Shown here: piece after piece, positions 27,056 to 36,063 of the stretch | How the letters are laid out: every line of letters begins with the position of its first letter | Position numbering within the stretch: position 1 is the stretch's first letter | Assembly (NCBI GenBank): GCA_017451385.1 | Contig: JAFSPS010000008.1 | Coordinates: forward strand, 89,750 to 153,749 | Direction: 5' to 3' | DNA from: Bacteroidales bacterium | GTDB taxonomy: Bacteria; Bacteroidota; Bacteroidia; Bacteroidales; P3 | DNA: 64,000 bases | The notes under the pieces: model-generated | Told to the model about the DNA's origin: nothing | The model's database searches: none | The model's input: only the letters and a program-made list of their open reading frames with translations | Made by a program: the position numbers and the translations under genes

Positions 27056-27391
27056 TCAGAGTGTCACATACTTACTGTAGTGATGTTTGCAGGCACGGTA
27101 AAGGAGTGTAATCCAGTCGGAGGGAGGATCAAGACTCTCGTTGAGATGTATGGCTTCAGCCGCGCAGCAGAGAGAAAGACATTGGACGTTGCGCTGAGCC
27201 GCCCATGCGTTCCAAAAATATTCAAGGGCTTCTACAAACGAACTGCGAGGAGTGTCAATCCATGGCATCTCATCGAAAAAGATGACTTTCCGTTCCTCGG
27301 AGGGACGGTGTTCTATCAGTGTTTTATGGATGGTCGGCGTAACTCTTGCCTCGGTGATGGATATATTAGGTTTATAAAAAATGGTGGTCAA
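27056..27391 (-). pseudogene. remnant of an AAA ATPase (archaeal-type ATPase/DUF234-associated family)
   Basis: 111-aa fragment containing KVIFFDEMPWIDTPRSSFVEALEYFWNAWAAQR, which matches the DE(L/M)PW(L/I)DTPRS...ALEHFWN.WA core of a common Bacteroidales ATPase family. The Walker A region is absent and the downstream sequence is degenerate. Confidence 0.55.
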
Positions 27392-27633
27392 TCACCTTTG
27401 AATGATAATCAACCACCATTCAAAAAGGTTGTAGGCGACGGATTGAATATACCTTATTTGCGGATAATCATTTTACTATCACGGTGCAAATGTATTGCAC
27501 TTGGTAGTTGACTCTACGTCACGTTGTGCCTATTATATTTGAATACTTCGTCTCGGAATTGAAATAATTGACATCCTTTCCGTCTGCGCTAAGCGAGCAT
27601 TCTTCAACATTAGCAGGCTATAGACAGCTTTTG

Positions 27634-28773
27634 CTATTCGCCCGTCAGCGTGGCGAGGGCTTTTTCTATGAAGCCGTTGCCTAATTCGTAGAGTTGCCCC
27701 GTGCAATAGGAAAGCATGATATAGTCTGTCGTCGCCAGTTCCTCTGATAGATTGACCTCTGATACATTGTGATGATTCTCGTCGAAATAGACGCTGTTGT
27801 TGTAGAACCAATAGTGAGCGCTGCTAAAAATGTCTTTCAGTGGGAAGTTGTATCTGACATTCCAAAAGAAACTATCACCAATGACCAGCAGTTTCGGTTT
27901 CTTTTTACATTCGGCAACGCTTACATCCATATATTTGTATTTCTCGCCTCTTGAAGGGAAAATGAGGTTGAGGAGTTGGTATAGGTCGTCGTCGGGATGA
28001 CGTTTTTTGTCTATATAGGGTTTGCTGATACTGAGTTTGACGAACGGTGTAGCGTCGGAGGACTGCATATAGCGAACGATCGAGTCGAAGGAATAGACAC
28101 ATGCGGCATTAGACCAGTGTGTGCCGTATTTTGTCATAACATCGAATGGGAGAGTGTCACGTTGCTCTTTTAGCCATTGACACATATCAACATAATTGAT
28201 TCCATAACGGTCAAACAATTGCAGATAGGTGTCATAGGCACTAATTCCGAATGGGCGTGTATTCCAGTCGGGAGCGGGGATGTGGTCGGGATATAAGATG
28301 TTTTTGGATGGAAGAATAGCGACAAATATTTTCTTGCCGTGGGATGCGAGGGAGTCTTGCAGCAAGGACAGCTGTTGAGCCGTATGCTCGAATCGTTCCC
28401 GTAGAGAGGAACTGTCGTCGGCAAATTCGTACATACGACTCTCGTAGTAGTCCTCGACAAAGTAGCGTTCGTACAAATAGCCATCGTCGCCCTTCATCAC
28501 ACAGTAATTGGTGCTTTTGCCATAGAGCGACCATATGTGCTGGTTGTATAATCGTATAAGAATCTCCCTAAAGCCAATATTGTTTTTCGCATATTTGTCA
28601 GCTTGTTGTTGGAAAGTGCCATCCATGAATCCATGGAAAGACAAATACGGCTTGTCGCAGCTGTTGCTTACACCGCTGAGTTCTCTGACATGAATGACAT
28701 GGGTGAACCCTTGTAGAAGAGTCAGTCCGAGCAGCATGATAGTGATTATTGCAAGTACCTTGTTTGTCCTCAT
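27634..28773 (-). CDS. AlgX/AlgJ-like (SGNH-like) O-acylation accessory protein
   Basis: 379 aa with an N-terminal anchor. It has a GTHWS motif (compare D-x-HW of AlgJ/DHHW proteins) and a late GDSF motif, and lies immediately downstream of the MBOAT gene. Confidence 0.65.
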   Translation of the reverse strand: MRTNKVLAIITIMLLGLTLLQGFTHVIHVRELSGVSNSCDKPYLSFHGFMDGTFQQQADKYAKNNIGFREILIRLYNQHIWSLYGKSTNYCVMKGDDGYLYERYFVEDYYESRMYEFADDSSSLRERFEHTAQQLSLLQDSLASHGKKIFVAILPSKNILYPDHIPAPDWNTRPFGISAYDTYLQLFDRYGINYVDMCQWLKEQRDTLPFDVMTKYGTHWSNAACVYSFDSIVRYMQSSDATPFVKLSISKPYIDKKRHPDDDLYQLLNLIFPSRGEKYKYMDVSVAECKKKPKLLVIGDSFFWNVRYNFPLKDIFSSAHYWFYNNSVYFDENHHNVSEVNLSEELATTDYIMLSYCTGQLYELGNGFIEKALATLTGE

Positions 28774-28785
28774 GGCTTTGCGAGA

Positions 28786-29127
28786 TTAGAACCTAAAATA
28801 GATGAACGGGCTGAAATCGACAGCGGTGAGAGTGGCGAGACTCATGACGAACAATGCCATAGATATAACCCAGACGAAAATAGTTTGAGACGACGATTGC
28901 TGCGTGTGGAAAAACAGCCTGCCGAACCGTTTGCCTATAGGGAGCAGGGTTATGAAGGAGAAAAAGAGCGCAACGGTGAGGATTGTGATGAACTCCGCCG
29001 ATAAATCAATCGAGGCAGAGCCCATGTTGAAGGAGAACAAGTGTGAGACAAATAGCACACATAGCGAGAGGTCGTCAATGCGGAACAATGCCCATCCAAG
29101 GGTGACAATGATGAAAGTAAGTGCCAT
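28786..29127 (-). CDS. C-terminal ~113 aa of MBOAT (AlgI/DltB-like) O-acyltransferase, separated from the N-part by one in-frame TAG
   Basis: Same reading frame as 29140..30213. Hydrophobic TM segments continue the MBOAT topology. Confidence 0.6.
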   Translation of the reverse strand: MALTFIIVTLGWALFRIDDLSLCVLFVSHLFSFNMGSASIDLSAEFITILTVALFFSFITLLPIGKRFGRLFFHTQQSSSQTIFVWVISMALFVMSLATLTAVDFSPFIYFRF

Positions 29128-29139
29128 ACGCGGTATTCG

Positions 29140-30213
29140 CTAAATTACAGTGTTTTCATCCTTGCGCTTACCGATGCCCAAGAGTTTCTCTGTGGCAATG
29201 AAGAAACCGTGATAGGCACCCCACAGCACGAAATTCCATCCTGCACCATGCCATATACCGCTCAAAAGGAAAACTATCCACAGGTTGACAAATGTGCGAC
29301 CTTTGCCACGACGGTTGCCGCCAAGAGGTACATATAGGTAGTTCATCATGAAAGTGCCGAGGGAGATATGCCATCGTCGCCAGAACTCGCTGATGCTGGC
29401 AGAGATGTATGGGTTGTTGAAATTCTCGGAGAATGAGAAACCGAAAATCCTGCCCAGTCCGATAGCCATATCGCTGTAGCCTGAGAAGTCGAAATACAGC
29501 TGCATGGTGTAAGCTACAAGGACTACCCACGCCTGCCACATCCCCAGACCGCCGATGTCGCCGCCTAATGCGACATCTACGACACGACCAAGCACATCGG
29601 CTATGAGTACTTTTTTTGACAATCCTATGGCAAACCTACAGAACCCCTGTATGCATGAGTCCCAACTGGTGTGGCGCGCCGTGCATATCTGTTCGGCGAT
29701 ATCGCCATACCTCACAATGGGTCCTGCTATAAGCTGAGGAAACATCATTATGTAAAGCATATAGTCCGTCAGCCTATTCATAGGTTTGTCGCCTCTATAG
29801 ACATCCACGATGTAGGTGATGGACTGGAAAGTATAGAAACTGATACCGATAGGCAGAGCGACATAGACCCAAGCCATTGGCATTACGCCAATGAGGCCGA
29901 ACAGGTGGTTAAGGTTGTCAATGAAGAAATTGGAGTATTTGAAGAAGGCAAGAAATGCAAGACTGAAGAAGCAGGACATTATGCATACGGCTTTTCTGCC
30001 AGCACCCTGCATGTGGGACATCTTCCTGACGAGGTAGAATATTGCAATAGTTGTAGCAATCAGAATCAAGACATAGTCTGGAGCTCCCCAAGCGTAGAAA
30101 AGGATGGATGCCGTCAGCAGTATACCGTTGCGCCACTTGTCCTTTGCCAGAAAATATAGCAACAATAGCAACGGCATGAAATATAGAAGGAACGGAATGC
30201 TACTGAAAACCAT
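29140..30213 (-). CDS. MBOAT family O-acyltransferase (AlgI/DltB-like), N-terminal 357 aa ending at an in-frame TAG
   Basis: Motifs FSSIPFLLYF...ILFYAWG, FWRRWHISLGTFMMNYLYVPLGGNRRG and SGIWHGAGWNFVLWGAYHG (MBOAT His). The combined length 357+113 aa equals the normal ~470 aa. Confidence 0.8.
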   Translation of the reverse strand: MVFSSIPFLLYFMPLLLLLYFLAKDKWRNGILLTASILFYAWGAPDYVLILIATTIAIFYLVRKMSHMQGAGRKAVCIMSCFFSLAFLAFFKYSNFFIDNLNHLFGLIGVMPMAWVYVALPIGISFYTFQSITYIVDVYRGDKPMNRLTDYMLYIMMFPQLIAGPIVRYGDIAEQICTARHTSWDSCIQGFCRFAIGLSKKVLIADVLGRVVDVALGGDIGGLGMWQAWVVLVAYTMQLYFDFSGYSDMAIGLGRIFGFSFSENFNNPYISASISEFWRRWHISLGTFMMNYLYVPLGGNRRGKGRTFVNLWIVFLLSGIWHGAGWNFVLWGAYHGFFIATEKLLGIGKRKDENTVI

Positions 30214-30352
30214 ATTGTAGGTGAACTTGGAATGAGAATGGCGAATACCGAGTAATGACTATAAGTCTGTGGACAGACTCATGCTACATTGTATTTGGTT
30301 ACATTGGAATGGCAGATTCTTATGGATGAAGAAAGTATTCATAATCGCATTG

Positions 30353-30360
30353 CAAAAATA
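30353..30360 (-). promoter_or_regulatory. candidate -7 box TATTTTTG for the MBOAT operon
   Basis: The minus-strand sequence TATTTTTG matches TAnnTTTG, 140 nt upstream of the ATG at 30213. Confidence 0.35.
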
Positions 30361-30506
30361 CACATTTCATTTTTATGTGACGGGGATAGTAACTAACAAA
30401 CATTAAAAATGTTCTTCATTGCGATTATTTTGTTATTTTTGATTTTCTGAACATTGTATATACTATACTTATATATATTTGTATCACAGATAATTACTAC
30501 AACGGT

Positions 30507-31469
30507 ATGAACAAGTTTGCAGACGCTCTTTCAGTGCTAAAGACGGGCAAGTTCTATAAAGAGCTCGTTGTTATGACTCTCGGTATGCTGGTTACCGCTG
30601 CTGCGGTGTATTATTTCCTTGTGCCGAGCAAACTGATTATAGGTACTATTTCGGGTTTTTCGATAGTGCTGTGTAATATCTTTGAGCAGATTGGCGTGCA
30701 CATCAGCCTGTCGGTAACCATTATGGTCATCAATGCTGTGCTCCTTGTGTTAGCATATCTGCTGATAGACCATGAGTTTGGACTCAAGACGGTATATACG
30801 GCGCTCATCCTTGGACCGTTGACAGATGTGTGGGATGCTATACTGCCGTGGCAGAAGATAGCTGTGGATAACCTCACCACAGGGGCGCAGTCGGTGATGG
30901 GCGACCCGTGGCTCGACCTTTGCTGCTTCGTACTGCTATTGAGTGCCTCACAGGCAATACTGTTCAGCATCAATGCTTCTACGGGAGGGTTGGATATTCT
31001 TGCAAAGATAGTCAACAAGTTTCTGCATTTTGATATCGGAGCCTCGGTGAGTATAGCTGGTGCGGTGATATGCTGCACGGCGTTTTTCATCAACGATTTC
31101 CGAATGGTTGTCATAGGCCTTATAGGCACATGGATTAACGGACTTGTGGTGGACTATTTTACTGCCACGCTCAATAATCGAAAGCGCGTGTGTATCATCT
31201 CGAAAGACTATGAGCGCATACGTAAGTTTATAATAGAGAACCTACATCGTGGCTGTACCCTGTACGAGATTACGGGAGGCTACAGCAACGAGAAGTCAAT
31301 AGAGTTGCAAGTGCTGCTCTCCAAGGATGAGTTCTCGGCATTGATGGCGTTCATCCGTGACAATGAGATTAATGCTTTCACAACCGCTGGCAACGTTAGC
31401 GAGGTTTATGGCGAGTGGTTCAACAACCGTCGGCGTAAGGCTATCAAGAAGCAGGCAGACAATCTGTAG
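30507..31469 (+). CDS. YitT family membrane protein (DUF2179 C-terminal domain)
   Basis: 320 aa with 5-6 TM segments followed by a soluble domain CTLYEITGGYSNEKSIELQVLLSKDEFSALMAFIRD, typical of YitT/DUF2179. Confidence 0.8.
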   Translation: MNKFADALSVLKTGKFYKELVVMTLGMLVTAAAVYYFLVPSKLIIGTISGFSIVLCNIFEQIGVHISLSVTIMVINAVLLVLAYLLIDHEFGLKTVYTALILGPLTDVWDAILPWQKIAVDNLTTGAQSVMGDPWLDLCCFVLLLSASQAILFSINASTGGLDILAKIVNKFLHFDIGASVSIAGAVICCTAFFINDFRMVVIGLIGTWINGLVVDYFTATLNNRKRVCIISKDYERIRKFIIENLHRGCTLYEITGGYSNEKSIELQVLLSKDEFSALMAFIRDNEINAFTTAGNVSEVYGEWFNNRRRKAIKKQADNL

Positions 31470-31545
31470 GATATGGCGATGAGGTAGCGGTGAGTGGCGT
31501 ATTGAGCAAGTTTTTTTTATAGAATAAATGAATACCTAATATATT

Positions 31546-34500
31546 ATGAAACGAATATTATTATTTCTCGTCATACTGTTTGCCGGCGTAGTTGCTAAGG
31601 CGCAGATGGATGTGTATGACGATTTTGAGCAGGCGACGTTGCAATGGGAAGTTGGTGATGATGATGAGAATGGTGGCAATTGGTCTGTTTTCCAGTTTGA
31701 TGAAGCTGGTATAGCGATGAGTGGTACGGGTGTTGCCGTATCTATCTTAATGCGTTCAGAGACTGGTTATGAGCATACAATGTGGTATGGTACGCATACT
31801 ATGGAAGATGCCAATGCGACGGCGCGACTGTCGTTCAGTATGGCGGCCGTGTCGATGGAGGACGATGAGACGATAGTGTGCGAGGCCAACGCATCGGTGC
31901 AGTTGTATATGGACGATGAGTATGTGGGCGACATAATGTCAATGTCTATTGACCCGATGGACGGATGGTGGTATTTCAGTTACACCTTTGCCGAGATAGC
32001 GCAGGACTTGGGCATAGACATGTCTGGGCAGCACGACTACCGCATAGTGTTCAAAAATGCCACGCCCAACGGTGGCGACTGTGCATTGCTGGTAGATGAC
32101 TATTTCTTCTCGGAGGGTGGCGAATACTCTATTATCCTCAATTCCAACAACGAGGAAAATATGGAGAGCTACCAGATGACGACCAACGAAGGCATCATCA
32201 TGGTGCCTACGGGCGATGAGGTGCCTTTCACCGCGCCGGAAGGCTATTCGTTAGCTTACTGGCTCTATTCGGACGGTGTGAACACCTATAGCGTCATACC
32301 GGGTGACGAGGAAACGATAGGCGAGGATATGACATGGTATGCCATGTGGGGACGGAACTACATGGTGGAATACTATGCCAACGATGATTACAACTATTTT
32401 GAAGAGAGTGCGGTGCAATATGCAGGGCACATTGTGCAGGAGAACATTTTCGAGAGGGAGCACTATACTTTTGTAGGCTGGAACACCGAACTTGACGGTA
32501 GCGGCACCATGTATCAGGTAGGTGACACGATAGATTTGCCCAGCGATGCTGCGACAGACACTATCAACCTCTATGCTCAATGGGAGATGGAACAATATGA
32601 CATCACTATTTCTTTTGACGGTGGTGGTGCTGACGGCGAGATGAGCGATGTGCAGCAAAGTGCTGGTGAGCCGTACAGTGTGCCGGAGTGCGGATATACC
32701 TATGACGGTTATTTGTTTTTGGGCTGGAATACCGAGTATAGCGGTGATGGCGATAGTTACCAGCCTGGGGATATGGCAACATTTGACGAGGATGTGACGC
32801 TCTATGCCCAATGGGCAGAGATTGTCACGATAACCATATCGTTTGACGGCAACGGAGCCGACGAGATAAATATGGATGATGTCTCATTTGAGGTGGGCAA
32901 TAACTACACCGTGCCACAGTTTTCAGGCACGTATGAGGGACATACCTTCATGGGCTGGAATACAGACCCTGATGGCGACGGCACGAGCTATCAGCCAGGT
33001 GAGACTGTAATGTTTACAGAGGATGTGGTGCTCTATGCCCAGTGGCCTGCCATTGTTACCATCATGTTTGACGGCAATGGTGCCGACGAGTTCGAGATGG
33101 AAGATGTGCAGATAGAGTCGATAGCGACATACACGATACCGCAGTTCGGCGGCATATACGATGGACACACATTCATGGGGTGGTGTGAGGATATGTTTGG
33201 CGAGGGCGAGATGTATCAGCCTGGCCAGCAAGTTACGTTCAGCGAGGATGTTACGCTCTATGCTATATGGCCTGCTATGGTTACCATCACGTTTGATGGC
33301 AATGGAGCTGACGAGATAGAGATGGATGACGTAGAAATAGAGACGATAGCGACATTCACGATACCCCCGTTCAGCGGTGCATACGAGGGACACACATTCA
33401 TGGGATGGTGTGAGGATGTGTATGGCGAGGGTGAGATATACCAGCCGGGCCAGCGTGTTACGTTCAGTGAGGATGTTACGCTCTATGCAGTATGGCCTCC
33501 GTATGTTACCATCACGTTCTACGGCAATGGTGCCGACGTGATTTCTATGGACGATGTAACGTATGAAGCCATTGAGCCATATACCATTCCGGCGTTTGTG
33601 GGTTCGTATGAGGGTCATGACTTCCTCGGATGGAATACAGAAAGCACCGGCGACGGTACTACCTATCAGCCTGGGGAGAGCGTTATGTTTAGTGAGAATA
33701 TGGAGCTGTATGCTATCTGGTCAACGACCATCACTATCACGTTTGATGGCAATGGTGCAAGTGGTTTTGAGATGGCAGATGTAGAGCATAATACTGCCGA
33801 GCCATATACGCTTCCGGCGCTGCAAGGTACGTATCAAGGACGAGTATTTATCGGATGGAGCACCGACCCCGATGGTCTTGGCGACAGATATGAGGCTGGC
33901 GAGACGGTTGCACTCACACATGATGTGACATTCTATGCTATATGGTACGAGGAGGCGGTGGCCATAATCCATTTTGACCTCGGCGGTGCACCATACACTA
34001 TGGCCGATACGGTGCATGATGTCAGCAATCCCTACCGGATACCGGCAATGGAATATGAGTACCCGTTCCACATCTTTGCTGGTTGGTTCTGCGAGAACGA
34101 CGAAATGACTTATCAGACGGGCAATTTCGCAACGTTTGGAGTGGGCGATGTGTACCTGAGAGCACTGTGGACAGAGGTCCCGACGGTGCGTATCACCTAC
34201 CATGCTAATCATAGCGATGTGCAAGGCACGATGGAAAACGCTGTTGCGGAGCAATATCATGACTTTGTGTTGCCTCGTGGCGGCTACTATGTTGATGGTT
34301 ATCGCTTTGTGGGATGGTGTACGACTGCAGACGGCAGTGGCGACCTCTTATCGGCAGGAACCACGATACAAGTGCAGGCAGATGACCTTGAATTCTACGC
34401 CATTTGGGAGACTGTGGCTGACCCGTTCACCATCATCTTTGATGCTAATGGTGCGGAGGGTTTCATGCCGCATGTGACAATAGAGAGTGGCGAGGAATAC

Positions 34501-35835
34501 GTCTTGCCGGGAGGAGAAGGCTACACTTATGCTGGTCATCGTTTCATAGGGTGGAATATGGAGCCTGACGGGTCCGGACGCGGCTATGCTGCAGGACACC
34601 GTGTCAGCTTCTCCAACAGCCAGACGCTTGATATAACCCTCTATGCACAATGGGAGGAGTCCGACGAAGTGGACGGATACTACATCACCTTTGACGGCAA
34701 TGGTGCCGTTGGCTATATGGCCTTGGGAGTCTATGTACCTGGCACGCCCTATATAGTACCTACATGCACAATGGAGTATGCCCTACATGTGTTTAAGGGT
34801 TGGAACACCCGCGAGGATGGTAGTGGAGAGTCCTACCCTGTGGGAGCCCGCTATGTGCGCTCGGAGAACATCACGCTCTATGCGCAGTGGGAGATGCCGG
34901 TGCGCGTGATATATTATGCCAATAACAGCACGGTATTCAGCAGTAGCATCGTCGTTGATGGCGAAGACGAGAATGGCTATGTGGTGGCACCTTGTGAGTT
35001 CACTTCACGCAATCAGGCCTTCGTGAGATGGGACAATCAGCCCGAGGGCAATGGCACCTCCTTCATGCCAGGCGATAGGATATATAATTTTACTGATTCG
35101 GTCTATGTGCTCTATGCACAATGGGAAGATGCCGAGACTATTACTATCCATTTTGATGCTAATGGTGGCAGCGGTTCGATGCCTAACTACTATCTTGTGC
35201 GGGGTCGTAGCTACGTCATTCCACCATGCGCCTTTGTCAATGGTTACCGTGAGTTCATGGGGTGGAACACCTCGTCGGACGGTCTGGGTACGGATTATAG
35301 AGTGGGCGACACGGTGATGCTTCCCGAATACAACGCCATCAACCTCTATGCTATGTGGGGCGAGGAGCCAGAGCCCACACGCTATGTGGTGACGCTTAAT
35401 GCCAATGGTGGTAGAGGCACTATGGCCCCTGTCACGCTTGACTCCGGTAGCTATTTCATACTGCCACGTTGCGAATATACCCGTCAGGGCTACACCTTCA
35501 AAGGCTGGAGCTTGAGTCCCATTGGCAACGTGCTGCAAGAGGAAGAAATCTTTGTTGACCATAACATCGTTCTCTACGCCATCTGGAGCAATATGGAGGG
35601 CATAGATGAGGTAGTGATGGCAGACTTGTCGGTATATCCCAATCCTGTTGTCAACTATGTTCAGGTGAAGGGCGTGGAGGTGAAGCACCTTGAGGTGCTT
35701 GACCTTGCCGGCCGTAGGCTGTTGAGTGTTGCTGATGCCGATAGGATAGATGTGTCGTCGTTGAGTAACGGCGTTTATATGTTGCGCATAGACGCTGCTG
35801 AAGGTATGGCTTTGCGTAAGATTGTCAAGAAATAG
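31546..35835 (+). CDS. large T9SS-sorted surface protein with ~15 Listeria-Bacteroides (InlB B-type) repeats
   Basis: 1429 aa with a signal peptide and an N-terminal module with D-x-F-E..W...DDD.NGGNW (choice-of-anchor-J-like, tentative). There are ~15 repeats of the form G[HY]xFxGWNT..DG.G..Y.PG......D..LYA.W. The CTD is LSVYPNP...SNGVYMLRI...RKIVKK. Confidence 0.9.
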   Translation: MKRILLFLVILFAGVVAKAQMDVYDDFEQATLQWEVGDDDENGGNWSVFQFDEAGIAMSGTGVAVSILMRSETGYEHTMWYGTHTMEDANATARLSFSMAAVSMEDDETIVCEANASVQLYMDDEYVGDIMSMSIDPMDGWWYFSYTFAEIAQDLGIDMSGQHDYRIVFKNATPNGGDCALLVDDYFFSEGGEYSIILNSNNEENMESYQMTTNEGIIMVPTGDEVPFTAPEGYSLAYWLYSDGVNTYSVIPGDEETIGEDMTWYAMWGRNYMVEYYANDDYNYFEESAVQYAGHIVQENIFEREHYTFVGWNTELDGSGTMYQVGDTIDLPSDAATDTINLYAQWEMEQYDITISFDGGGADGEMSDVQQSAGEPYSVPECGYTYDGYLFLGWNTEYSGDGDSYQPGDMATFDEDVTLYAQWAEIVTITISFDGNGADEINMDDVSFEVGNNYTVPQFSGTYEGHTFMGWNTDPDGDGTSYQPGETVMFTEDVVLYAQWPAIVTIMFDGNGADEFEMEDVQIESIATYTIPQFGGIYDGHTFMGWCEDMFGEGEMYQPGQQVTFSEDVTLYAIWPAMVTITFDGNGADEIEMDDVEIETIATFTIPPFSGAYEGHTFMGWCEDVYGEGEIYQPGQRVTFSEDVTLYAVWPPYVTITFYGNGADVISMDDVTYEAIEPYTIPAFVGSYEGHDFLGWNTESTGDGTTYQPGESVMFSENMELYAIWSTTITITFDGNGASGFEMADVEHNTAEPYTLPALQGTYQGRVFIGWSTDPDGLGDRYEAGETVALTHDVTFYAIWYEEAVAIIHFDLGGAPYTMADTVHDVSNPYRIPAMEYEYPFHIFAGWFCENDEMTYQTGNFATFGVGDVYLRALWTEVPTVRITYHANHSDVQGTMENAVAEQYHDFVLPRGGYYVDGYRFVGWCTTADGSGDLLSAGTTIQVQADDLEFYAIWETVADPFTIIFDANGAEGFMPHVTIESGEEYVLPGGEGYTYAGHRFIGWNMEPDGSGRGYAAGHRVSFSNSQTLDITLYAQWEESDEVDGYYITFDGNGAVGYMALGVYVPGTPYIVPTCTMEYALHVFKGWNTREDGSGESYPVGARYVRSENITLYAQWEMPVRVIYYANNSTVFSSSIVVDGEDENGYVVAPCEFTSRNQAFVRWDNQPEGNGTSFMPGDRIYNFTDSVYVLYAQWEDAETITIHFDANGGSGSMPNYYLVRGRSYVIPPCAFVNGYREFMGWNTSSDGLGTDYRVGDTVMLPEYNAINLYAMWGEEPEPTRYVVTLNANGGRGTMAPVTLDSGSYFILPRCEYTRQGYTFKGWSLSPIGNVLQEEEIFVDHNIVLYAIWSNMEGIDEVVMADLSVYPNPVVNYVQVKGVEVKHLEVLDLAGRRLLSVADADRIDVSSLSNGVYMLRIDAAEGMALRKIVKK
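32815..33720. repeat. intragenic tandem repeats, period 225-231 bp (75-77 aa repeat modules)
   Basis: Unit starts at 32815, 33046, 33271 and 33496 (CCT GCC/GCT/CCG ATT/ATG/TAT GTT ACC ATC ...). Adjacent modules are clearly similar at DNA level but not identical. Confidence 0.75.
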
Positions 35836-35865
35836 CACACACGATTATCGCATTACAAAACAGAT

Positions 35866-35904
35866 AAAGCCGCGGCTCTACGGAAAAGTAGTACTGCGGC
35901 TTTT
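35866..35904 (+). terminator. terminator hairpin after 31546..35835
   Basis: AAAGCCGC (35866-73) pairs with GCGGCTTT (35896-903) and is followed by T; the loop is 22 nt. Confidence 0.45.
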
Positions 35905-36063
35905 GAAAAAAATAGTAGGGTGGTTGGATTCTGCGTGATTGGTGTAGGTGGAGAGGTGAGCAGAGGTCTAAAAAAAACAATTACTAAAAATGGTCTTGCT
36001 GGAACCTCAAACGAGCAAAAGGTGTGCAGAGTACTGAATTATACTAATTGCTAAAACTAACAC

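Noticed and set aside
27044-27511. 155-aa + strand ORF
   Set aside because: It lies antisense to the recognisable ATPase remnant and has no motifs. It is most likely non-coding.
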